Positions 40,227-52,252 of a DNA stretch of 64,000 nucleotides are shown here, one piece after another. The stretch comes from Octopus sinensis. Its lineage: Eukaryota. A program made the position numbers and the translations under genes. The notes beneath the pieces are model-generated. The model had not been told where the DNA came from, made no database searches, and saw nothing but the letters and a program-made list of their open reading frames with translations. The first letter of the stretch is position 1; every line of letters begins with the position of its first letter. The stretch is taken from NCBI RefSeq assembly GCF_006345805.1, contig NC_043001.1, positions 90,210,001 through 90,274,000 of the forward strand, written 5' to 3'.

Positions 40227-40403
40227 GTAGGCACCGCCTCTCGACGAACGACTCACCGTGCAACTGGTACCAACACGTTCTATTCATTTCTTGGTCTTGA
40301 CAGTGACACCCCCACCACCCTGCCCTGTCCCTAGCCATATTCAGTTGGCTAATGTCCCTTATATTATATATATATAATATATATATTATATATATATATA
40401 TAT

Positions 40404-40436
<33 letters not shown>

Positions 40437-40528
40437 AAAGTAGCAACAAAAGACTGAGACCTCGATATTAGATAAATATAGGATTATTTGTGCATGTTAT
40501 AAATTAGAACAAACAGTAAAAGGTTGTC

Positions 40529-40593
40529 ATAAGAGTCCTCGGAGTTTCGAATGTCGCAGCGATGACCTACGATACATTCTCGTCAGCTATTAA
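40529..40593 (-). ncRNA. Hammerhead-like motif with a mutated cleavage triplet (probably inactive)
   Basis: TAATAG CTGACGA GAATGT...ACATTC GAAA CTCCGAG GA CTCTTA; position 16.1 is G instead of U. Confidence 0.55.
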
Positions 40594-41027
40594 TAGCAAC
40601 AGACGCTATGAATAACCGTTGAATAAAAGGGAAGTTACTCTAATATATACACATACAAACAGATTTATGATAAACGTATAATATATGCTTTGAATGTTCC
40701 TATGGTAGGATATCGATTATTGATCTACACATGGTTTAGCACGATGATTTGAGAACGTAAATGTAACGTAGTGTACAGTCTTATAGCTATTGCTCGTCGT
40801 ACATAACTGTATGTACGATGTTCCGTTAGAATAAAATCTCTTAATGAAATAATGTAGCGACACCATATACGCTATTCGTCTGTTTTTATAACTTACGTGT
40901 GTATATATGTGTGTGTACGTATGCATGTATCTATTTATCTATACATACATATGTATATATATATGCACACACACACATACACACACACATATATAAAAAT
41001 GCATATGCAGATGTATGCATATATGGA

Positions 41028-41077
<50 letters not shown>

Positions 41078-41199
41078 AAACATGTGTATGTATATCCATT
41101 GATATATATCACGTGACCGATTAGGCAATCAGACTTTGTCATACATTGCTGGTCAGATATATATGCAAAGATCCCTATAATCCATTAAAGAAGGTCTCA

Positions 41200-41263
41200 A
41201 TAATAATAATAATGATGATATTGATGATGACGATGATAATGATGATGATGATGATGATGATGA

Positions 41264-41340
<77 letters not shown>

Positions 41341-41382
41341 GTGATGACAGCAACGACGACGACGATGACGATAATGATGATC
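41200..41382. repeat. (AAT)/(GAT)n/(GAC)n triplet microsatellite
   Basis: Direct reading. Confidence 0.95.
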
Positions 41383-42229
41383 ATAGGTGTTTTAAGGCGA
41401 ACCATTTGTGGGGTGGGGAAAATCAATTGAGTCGAAATGAGTACTTGACTCGGTCATTGTTTTATCGACCTCGGAACGAAAATTCACAAAGTTGATTTCG
41501 GCGGGGTTTAACTCAACGCAGAGTAACAAGGACTTTTGTCTGACGCCTTAACGATTTTTCCAGGCCACTTCTCCACTTTAAAGGTTTTTGCTTACAGCAC
41601 CTAAGTTCACAATCGACCATATATCAAGACATTAACTAGAAAGAACGTTGTTTAACTTCGCTGATGAGACTAGAATCAGTCTAGTCAACGTGATACAACA
41701 ACAACAATATAGGTGAAATTTACCGATTTTTACCTGCTTATTTGAAAAATTACAAAGAAATTATCCTATCACGTACAATTTCTTCACAAAGTTGATCATT
41801 GCATTATGCCCGAATTTGACTACTGTCTCTTATTATTACTATTAATTGCCACAATTAAATAGACTACAACAGTATAACTAATAGGTGTAATTTTGAAAAA
41901 TAAGCATCTGTCAACGTTTAGAGCGCTTCAGCTTGTCAGAGCAGTTCCTGCATCAATGGAGCTTCAGTCACCCGCAAATAGTGAGGAGAGAATGACGCGC
42001 TTTACAAGGTCATGCTGCTTAGGTTAAAACGCATCTTTTATTCCAGTTTTTTCCCCATGCCTTTTTCAATGCATATATGCTACATACTTTGTTTTATTGT
42101 ATCATATGTTACAATTACAATGCACCTTTAATGATGTTATGTATGCATTTAGATGGTACATCAAATGCACGTTGTTAAAAAAATGTTCTATTTCCCTTTC
42201 TTTTACAGTCTTCCGTATCATTTGAAGCA

Positions 42230-43780
42230 TGGATCTCTTCTCGAGGTTATGAAACAAGCCCGAATATCTTTTGCTACATTTGTGGTGAATTTATGACTAA
42301 GAAATGCCAGAGAAACATTACCGAATATCTTACTATCTCTACTTTGGTGTGAAGTTAGTAGACAACGATAAGAATTGAACTCCTCATAAGGCCCGCTCAA
42401 TTTGTTTTGGAGAACTAAGACAATGGACAAAATGCACAAAGAGGTTTTTTCGTTATGGGAGTTCAGTGATATAGAATGAGCCTAAAAATCAGTGATGACT
42501 GCTACTTTTGCTCATATAAGATGTAGGGACACAATTCAAAAACAGGAAAAACATTATTTATCCAAATCTCTCGTCTGAATTGTGAGCTGTTGTCCATGAA
42601 CCAAATTTTCCGGGTCCACCACTGCAAAGAAATCTTAAAAATATAAATTTGAATTTTGAGTCAGAAGTTATAGATAGTAATGGCGATGAAGAACAGGTGA
42701 TCATGAAGGGAACATGAAAATTTTGTGTCACTCTTTCACATGATAAAATTCAAAGATCACAACTGGATTGTTTGCTGTAGCTAGAAAATAATTTTGCATG
42801 TTGCTTGGACAACAGTCAAGCTACAGAGAGTTTCCTTGTTTCATGGATGAATGGAATAGTAGAACCAGGAACCTCATTTGGCTTTAAAAAGAACGGTCAA
42901 GTTGGTATACTTTTATACCAGGGAAATATCCTTCGAGAAATGTTGGTTGATCCGAAAACGGTTCTTTTGCCTCCTATTCATAAAAAAAAACTTGGCCTCC
43001 TTAAACAATTTACAATAGTTTTGCCACGGGATGGAGCGGGCTACATGTATTTGTGTAGCATGTTTCCTACTCTACCGGATACCAAGGTTGAAAATGCTGT
43101 ATTTGTAAGACTTGATAATAGGAAACTCGTCAAGGATGGAAATTTTGAAAAACAGGCATGTATTAGTTTTAAAGATGCGGTGAACTTCTTGGGTAACCAG
43201 GCGGATCCAAATTACAATGACATAATGGGAAGAATACTGGAAAATTTCGAGTCCTTAGGATGTAAAGTTAGTATTAAGGAAAGTTAATTTCCTACAAGGC
43301 TATTTGGATTTCTTTTTGGAATATCCAGGAGATATCAGTGAGGAGCAGGAGGAAGGTGTCATCAAGACATAAAGGATATGGAAAGATGTCAGGGAAGTGA
43401 CCGACCACTACTGGATGTTACATCGTAAATGTCTATCAAATGCTCACAAACGAAACGTTTCCAGGCGTCGTTTCCAAATGAAAAAGAAGAGATTTTGAGG
43501 TGCTGAGCATAAAACATTAATGGAACCCTATAAAAACCTATTTTCGCATCTTTCAGTTGCATTTGTGCCATTTTATTTTGCTAAAGACAGTACCAAATTC
43601 ATTTTTATTACTTTCATTTTGTCCTACCATATGTAGATTTATTTAGAAATTATGGTATAATTCGTCATTAAGTTGTGACAAAACCTTGTGTAAAGAACCT
43701 TTTTGATATTCCGAATTAGCACCACAAATATATATATATAAAGTAGCATAGAATTATCAAACAATTTTCGCGGACCTGTG
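42230..43780 (+). mobile_element. Decayed Chapaev3-type (CMC superfamily) DNA transposon
   Basis: FCYICGEF, YFGVKL..DK..TPH, EPKN..DDCYFC, YPNLSS, LVDPKTVLLPPIH..LGLLKQF, NFLGN..LGCKVSIK, HQDIKDME motifs; right end ...GGACCTGTG followed by TTA. Confidence 0.85.
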
Positions 43781-43985
43781 TTATAGGCATAAAGACTGAA
43801 ATTTTGGGGAAGGGAAGACTAGTCGATTACATCGACCTTAGTGCGCAATTGGTACTTACTTTATCAACCCCGAAAGTATGAAAGGCAAAGGCGACCATGG
43901 CGGAATTTGAACTCAGAAGGCAGAGACAAACGAAATATCACTAAGTATTTTGCCCGGCGCGCAAACGATTTTGCCAGCTAGCCAA
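43781..43985 (-). mobile_element. SINE family B
   Basis: CCCCGAAAGTATGAAAGGCAAAGGCGACC...GAATTTGAACTCAG. Confidence 0.85.
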
Positions 43986-44003
43986 TAATAATAATAATAA
44001 TAG

Positions 44004-44100
<97 letters not shown>

Positions 44101-45544
44101 GATGAGGTGGATGAGGGGGGATGATAAAACAATTACAAGAATATACAGGTGGTGATATAATCTAACACATCTCTTCAGGGAGAGTACACAGCAAGTGCAG
44201 ATATCAAACACACCCACATGTTCAGAGAGAGCAGATGTGTGCGTCCATATGTATGAGAGAGTAAGGAGAGAGAAAAGAGAAGAAAACAAGAAGAAAGCGC
44301 TAGAAGCTATTAGAAAGTGAGTGTGTGTGTGAGAGAAAGAGTTTGAGAAGGAGTCGGTGAGTGAGAGAGAGTGAGACAGATAGACAGAAATAGGAAGAGA
44401 ACCAAAATGATAACCAAGACGCATAATGTATGCGTTTGTATGAATATAGAAACATCAAAGCACCAATGCAAACTTTTAGTCATATATTGATGTAGAATGT
44501 CTATGCATGGAAATTTATCTACGTGTGTGTGAAAGACACACACACACACACACACACATACACACGCGCATGTGTCTATGTATGTATATATATATAAAGT
44601 GGCTGTGTGGTTGAAACAATTAAACGATAAAAGATATGTATAATATATTCATATATAACTACAGACTCTTCTATATACACATACATGTATGTGCATATGT
44701 ATGGATATATACATGTGTATGCGTGATTGTATAACACACGTATATAAATTTATACGTTGTGCACGCATGTGTATATATGTGTGTGTATGTGTGTGTGTGT
44801 TTGTGTGTGTGCGTGTGTGTGTGTGTGTGTCTATGTAAATCCACCACAATGTCCAGTTCTTATTGCAGTATGGCGGTTTGCGTGCCTCACTGACACTGAG
44901 ATTTATGCCAGCGGAGCCCACGTTTCTAGTAGGGCTTCCCATGCTGCACGAGACAAAGGACAGAGAGCAAACTAATATGGACTTTCACTTCACAGATCCA
45001 AAAATGGGTCTGCGTAGGACTATTAACCTCACCTAGGAAAAAAGAAAAAACGGACACACTATAAAAGCATCGATGTCAATTCAAAACTAAGACCTGGAGG
45101 ACGAAACGATAGCATTGAGTCGAGAACAACGAAAGTCGTCGATGGTTTATGAGCCGCAGAGAGCGAAGCTCTAAGTAGAGTAAAAATATAAATATGTATC
45201 CTATAGGCACCCATGCACTAGAATTTATCTTCCTACATCCCATCGAGATATTTAATCTCTTAAAGTATACAGCCAGTCAAAAAGTAATCTCTGCTCTGAA
45301 CATATGACTATATAAATTTAACAAACAACAATGTATATATTAGATATGAAATAAAACACTAAAAATTGCTCCGCGATAAATCTACACACGGGGACTATTC
45401 ACTTCGCCAGCTGCTGTTGAACTAAACAAAATAACATGCTTAGCGGTTGACATTACAGGCCAATGGTATATGAATTAAGCAAGCACGAGGATCGGTTGAA
45501 AAGTTCATAGGTTAACCAAGCTGCTCTCATAGAATGTGACCAAA

Positions 45545-46674
45545 TGATGTTTATATTTCAATACAGACACCTTGCAGTTCACACACTTCTTCGATCAGTG
45601 ATAGAATGCTTCGATCCCATTGGTAAAAAGCTTTCATCGTGTTGGTCAAAAAAGTCAACAGTATATATGGCGTCATCATCACTGCGACACTGGTTCCCAG
45701 TCGAGTGCTTTTTCATGTTGGGGAACAAATAGTTAGATAGGGCCAAATCAGCAGGGGAATAGGAAGCTGATTAATCAGTTCAAAGTTGCAACCACGCACA
45801 GCAGCCATGGAAACCAAGGATTTGTTTGCTGGACCATTGTCCTGATGAAACAAGACCCCCTTTCGGCAGTTTTCCTGGGCGTTCGGTCTTGATAGCCTTT
45901 TGTAACTGCCTCAGCAAGTTGGCATATTACTCTACATTAAAGGGGTGGCCCTTTTGAAGATATTCAATAAACACAATGTCTTTTGTATCCCAAAGAACTG
46001 ATGCCATCATCTTCCCTCCAGATGAAACGACCTTGGACTTGTTTGGAGCAGGTGAGGAGTAGTATTTCCTTTTCATGGATTGTCTCTGTCTCTAACTCAA
46101 AAGTGATGAACCAAACACTCATCCTTGCTAAGAAAACATTCAAGGAATCCAGCTGGATCTGCCTGAAGCAATATCAGATTTTCCCGTAATGATCAACCTG
46201 GGGCGTCTTTAATCAGGTGTCAGAACAGAAAGCTTTGTGCCGCCAAGTTCATTGTGCAAAATATGCTCAACTTTCTCACATAGGATATGCTAATAGCATT
46301 AGTTATTTGATTTATAGTCAATCGCCCATCATTCATCAGCATATGATGAACATGATCAATGTGTTCCTCGGTGGTGGCGGTTGCAGGACCTCCAAACGTT
46401 GGATCTTCAAGTCTTTCTGCTCCCAAGTAAGTTCTGCTGCCCACTTTTACTCTTTTACTCTTTTAGTTGTTTCGGCCATTTGACTGTGCCCATGCTGGAG
46501 CACCACCTTTAGTCAAGCAAATCGACTCCAGGACTTATTTTTTGTAAGCCTAGTACTTATTTTATCGGTCTCTTTTGCCGAACCGCTAAGTTACGGGGAC
46601 GTAAACACACCACCATCGGTTGTCAAGCGATGTTGGGGGGACAAACACAGACACACAAACGTATGCACACACAT

Positions 46675-46705
<31 letters not shown>

Positions 46706-47120
46706 CGACGGGCTTCTTTCAGTTTCTGTCTACCAAATATATACACGTGAACATTGTCTACAATATTAGAGGATAGATAATTTGGTCGGCTCGAGGCTAC
46801 AGTAGAAGACATTTGCCCAAAGTGCCACGCAGTGGGACTGAACCCGGAACCATGTGGTTTGTAAGCTAGCTACTTACTACATAGCCACTCCTACGCCTGT
46901 TGATAAAGATGGAGTGTCATCCACTAAAAGAGCAAGCAAGTTTGCATGAATTTTCTTGGTTGGGTAAAACCTTTTTCTAAAGGTACTTGATAACACCGCG
47001 ATCCAAAATTTTGTCGATTTTCAAGAGAAGTCGCTTCAAGTTACTTCGAAGTCTTATCTGAAGCGTCAGATGTTAGTTTTCCTGGAAAGAAACAATGCAG
47101 TTATTAATCGGAGAAGGTGA
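45545..47120 (-). mobile_element. Decayed mariner transposon interrupted by a SINE
   Basis: Minus strand: RGVIKYL, LEDPTFGGPATATTEEHID, FLSKDECLVHHF, YANLLRQLQKAIKTERPGKLPKGVLFHQDNGP. Confidence 0.9.
46445..46898 (-). mobile_element. SINE family A inserted in mariner; carries a 48-bp templated insertion
   Basis: Both halves are present; the mariner frame (PSLST / KWAAE) continues across it. Confidence 0.9.
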
Positions 47121-47591
47121 TATTAATGCACGCAAGAATTCACCGCTCTAACGTCACTCTTTCATAGCCAGTCTATGAACTTCTCAGCCCACCCTCGCAG
47201 TACGGCCAAGCGCACGAAGCAGTCATTGTATTCAAATACACATGCGCGCGCGGAAAAAACCACATAATATCTGCCATGCAAATATAGAAAATGAATTATA
47301 AATGCGCTACTAAAGTTGGGGCGTTTAGATATTTAGTGGCATATATACATGCATGTATGTGCGTATGCGTGTCTGTATGTGTGTATGCATATGTGTGCGT
47401 GTGTAAATATAAATGCTCACATACATACACACGCGCATATATATGTGTTTATACATAAGTATATATGCAGACATTATTCTGCGTAAAACTATATTATAAA
47501 ATTATCTATCCTCTAATATTGTAGACAATGTTCACGTGTATATATTATAGCATATATGGACACCTATGCATTCACACACATACACACACAC

Positions 47592-47652
<61 letters not shown>

Positions 47653-47849
47653 CATAGACACACACGCATACACACACACACATGTGAAGATAACTAGAAA
47701 GTATCTTTATATCTCGTATTTCTTGATGCAGATAAAGACAGGCAGATATAATACTTCCCTACTTATCGCAGCCTTAAGAATACGTAAATATCTATGAATA
47801 TCAATGATAATGTAAATATATACAAGGGAGTTAATAGAAATATTCTGAG

Positions 47850-47918
<69 letters not shown>

Positions 47919-48199
47919 ACTCTCTCTCTCTTCCCTCTCTCCCCCTCTCTCTCCTTTATATGTAGTATACTGTCTAATGTGAAAGTAATTTAGGAGTTTA
48001 GGATCACATTGAAAGGGACCGTTTTCAGTTCAAAATAAATTTTGGCATTTCCCTCATGGGTGTGTACGTTTGTCTATAGGACTATATCTGTGCATTCATA
48101 TATATATATATATGCATACATACATACGCGCACACACAGACACATTCACTCTCACATATATACATACATGTATATATATATATGTATATATATGTATAT

Positions 48200-48289
<90 letters not shown>

Positions 48290-48291
<2 letters not shown>

Positions 48292-48301
48292 TAGATAGTA
48301 T

Positions 48302-48355
<54 letters not shown>

Positions 48356-48364
48356 CAGATAGAC

Positions 48365-48407
<43 letters not shown>

Positions 48408-48438
48408 TAGACAAACAGACAGACAGATAGACAGACGG
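48290..48438. repeat. (GATA)n/(GACA)n microsatellite
   Basis: Direct reading. Confidence 0.95.
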
Positions 48439-48981
48439 ATAAGTATTATATGTGTGTGTGTGCATTTATATATATATATATATTGTACATTAGCTACAGT
48501 TTGTTATTAAAGGAATACAATTTTAGAAAAAACATCTCTGATGTGAAAATTGCTGCAGTCGCATGTACGTAGATAGACCAAGGTATACCAACAGTCATAA
48601 ATCAATAGAGAACTTGTAATAAAAGCAGATCGATTAATGCCATTGATTTGTCGCTGGTCTCTTGTAAAACATGTGAGTGGTCGGGTAGGATAGTGTCCTT
48701 GTTCAAGGTCAGTATTGCTGAGAATGTCCCTCGGTCGGTGGCGATGCTTGTCTAGCAGTGTGGTACACACATGCACACACACACATTTATGTGTGTGTGT
48801 TGTGTGCGTGTGTGTGTGTGTGTATGTGAGTACATCTGTGTCTGTGTGTTTATCCGTGTAAGTGCATGTGTATATATATTTGTGTATGTGTGTTTGTGCG
48901 TAAACATACACATTCATGCATATATACAAATATATATTTTAATATACCTACACATGTATACAGGCACCCACTCATATATAC

Positions 48982-49032
<51 letters not shown>

Positions 49033-49067
49033 GCATGTATATATGTAGGTATATAAATATATGTATG

Positions 49068-49101
<34 letters not shown>

Positions 49102-49343
49102 TGTAGTATGTATGCATGTATGTATGTATGTATGTATGTATGTATGTACGTACGTATGTATGTATGTATACACACACATGATCATTACTAGTTACAGAAG
49201 AATGAGTGACGAAACGAAATCACAGATTTAGAGAGAAAGAGGGAAGAAAGTGTATGAAATAGGATTAGGATTTTGCGATGAGGCATGAGATGGAGCTGAG
49301 TCAGATAAGTAATAAGTTGTAAAGATAGATGTGTGTGTGTGTG

Positions 49344-49399
<56 letters not shown>

Positions 49400-49661
49400 T
49401 ACAAAACAAGGAGGGAGAGAGAGAAAAAAAAGAGAGAACACAAGAAAAAGAGAGGGTGCAGGGAAAAAGCGACTGAGAGCATGTGAATTATACGTTAAGA
49501 GAATGGGAACTAGAGCGAGCGAGGGAGAGAGAGAGAGATAAAGGCAACTCAGTGGATATATGCGTATGCAATTGTGTGTGTGTGCGTGTGTATATATATA
49601 TATGTGTGTATATATAGGAGAGTATATGTATGTATATAGACATATATGTATATATAGGTAG

Positions 49662-49754
<93 letters not shown>

Positions 49755-49930
49755 TAGATCGCTAGCCACTTAAATATTTTTATTTTCTCTCCCTGTTTAT
49801 ATTTGTGTTCCTTTCTATGGCAGAGCGTAGGCTCGAAACGTAAAATACTTTCTCACTTCCGAACGTCGTTAAAGTAATACATGTTTATTGTTTACGCATC
49901 CGCCTTCGTCATTTCTTTTTTTGTAAATTC

Positions 49931-50007
<77 letters not shown>

Positions 50008-50023
50008 GTATGTAGTATGTATG

Positions 50024-50094
<71 letters not shown>

Positions 50095-50378
50095 ATATAT
50101 ATATATTATATAATATATATATATATATATATATATTATATAATATATATATATATATATATACGCACATAAGTAAGCGCATAAATGCAAAACAAGGTGG
50201 CAAATGTAGTACTCGAATACCTAAGGTAAAGTAATATACTCTTATTAAAGCTGTAACTCTTCACATAACTGTTATTCAGAGTGTCATGTTCCGTTCGTCG
50301 GACAATTGGGAATACTCTTCTGTCCGCCGAATGAAATCTTGAAACTCTGAGCAGCAATTTTGCAGCTTTAATAACAGT

Positions 50379-50426
<48 letters not shown>

Positions 50427-50444
50427 TCTTTTTTTAATATTTTT

Positions 50445-50812
50445 ATTCTTTTTACTTGTTTCAGTCATTTGAATGCGGCCATGCAGGAACACCGCCTTTA
50501 GTCGAGCAAATCGACCCCAGAACTTACTCTTTGTAAGCCTAGTACTTATTCTATCGCTCTCTTTTGCCGAGCCTCTAAGTTACGAGGGCGCAAACACACT
50601 ACCACTCGTTGTCAAGAGATGTTGGGGGAAAAACAGACACACAAACACACACACACATATATATATACATATATACGTCGGGTTTCTTTCAGTTTCCATC
50701 ACAAGGATTTGGTCCGCCCGAGGCTATAGTAGAAGACACTTGCCCAAAGTGCCACGCAGCGGGACTGAACCCGGAACCATGTGGTTGGTAAGGAAGCCAC
50801 TCCTGCGCCTAT
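50445..50812 (-). mobile_element. SINE family A
   Basis: Reverse complement of the 11431/12300 halves joined. Confidence 0.9.
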
Positions 50813-50893
50813 ACATACATATGCATGTATATACATATATATATATATTTACACATATATACATATATATATATATATAAATATATATATATA

Positions 50894-50935
<42 letters not shown>

Positions 50936-51299
50936 CATACATATACACACACGTGCACACATGAACACACACTCGAACACACGAACACACAAATCTATAT
51001 TTAAGTCGATCGCTAACGTATGAGTTACTGAGCATTTCGCAAACACAGAAAGAGCGCAGTCCAGGGATTCATAAGGTTGCACATTTTGAATTATAGGTAC
51101 AATTCACCTAGTAAAGTTCTGAATAGTTTCCATATACCTAATTATATTCGTGTGTCATGAGTTAATGCAGGAGGTTTATCCCGTGCCGCTTGTCACAGAT
51201 TGACCTTGAACTCTGTTATGTATGCACAGCAAGATTTAACGGTCTAGCTTACTACCGCTGTTTACAGCAGTGCTTGGGAGAAACGTGTGTAGCGTGTGA

Positions 51300-51752
51300 T
51301 CGTCGCATTAACTATAACAAAGAAGGTTGAGCAGAGAATGTCCATCAAATTTTGCTAAAGCTTGGTGATACTTGCTCAGTGGCCAACTCAAAAATTTCAG
51401 AAACATTCATCGATCTTGGCACAATCAAGGAGATCTCGTACAACTGAAACTCGAGTGTCATTTTGGTTAACTGAAAGCAGTTTAGGCACAAACGTGGAAG
51501 ACACGCGTCTCATACCCAAATTTTTCAGAGATAATGGACTAGACAGAACCATAGCTAATCTGCACATTCTCTGATAATTCACAGGTGACGATTCAATGAT
51601 TTCTCCTCACAGCTGCACGCACATCTGCGATGTTTTTCTTTGTTCACAACGTCCGTCAATATCGACATTTTCTTGATCATCTAGGAAACATTTAAACAAC
51701 TTGTATACTTGTGTGCTGCTCATACACTCTTCTCCATACACTTTCTGCAACC
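51300..51752. mobile_element. Mariner 5' remnant with an internal inversion
   Basis: Plus strand EQRMSIKFC*...LGDTCS..KFQK to ~51400; minus strand LQKVYGEECMSSTQVYKLFK...LGMRRVSSTFVPKLL at 51400-51750. Confidence 0.75.
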
Positions 51753-51769
51753 TTGCGTAGGCCTGCGGA

Positions 51770-52252
51770 ACGAACTACTCGACCTGGAACACCCATGTTT
51801 CCAAAGGTGAATTATCCAAACCCCAAAGAATTCCTCTCAACACATGACTATGATGCTCCCCCACTATTTCTGCTCGTGATCAGAGATGCACATATCGTCA
51901 ACCACTAGGGCACATGGTCAACTGGTTAAGGTCAAACAACTGACAAGTAAATCTGTGGTATTCAGCAGAATATTTGTTGTTAGCCCATGTTTTATACCAA
52001 GACAAAACAATGTACATGATAACACCTCCAATCAGTTAAGATCAGAAGCCATAAGAGCAACTGCCTGGTAATGGATCAGAGCATTTATTATTATTATTAT
52101 ATTATTATATTTATTACTATTATTATTATATTATTATATTATAATAATAATCATAATAATAATATAATAAAATAATAATAATAATAATAAATGCTCTGAT
52201 CCATTACCAGGCAGTTGCTCTTATGGCTTCTGATCTTAACTGATTGGAGGTG
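51770..52252. repeat. Interspersed repeat fragment (minus strand, 51770-52095) ending in a palindrome centred on a TAT/ATA tract
   Basis: 52023-~52098 is the reverse complement of ~52178-52252. Confidence 0.8.

Larger units (their letters stand above)
39259..40375 (-). mobile_element. Tandem array of 354-355 bp units (three, the last partial) with a 68-bp inverted terminal copy; retrozyme/Penelope-like
   Basis: Unit starts at 39259, 39613 and 39968; 40300-40367 is the reverse complement of 39656-39723; flanked by (TA)n; one hammerhead motif per unit. Confidence 0.85.

Noticed and set aside
39259-40338. Repeated 80-118 aa ORFs in the tandem array; CRISPR-like appearance
   Set aside because: The ORFs differ by frameshifts between units and match nothing I recognise; units are whole-length repeats without unique spacers, so not CRISPR
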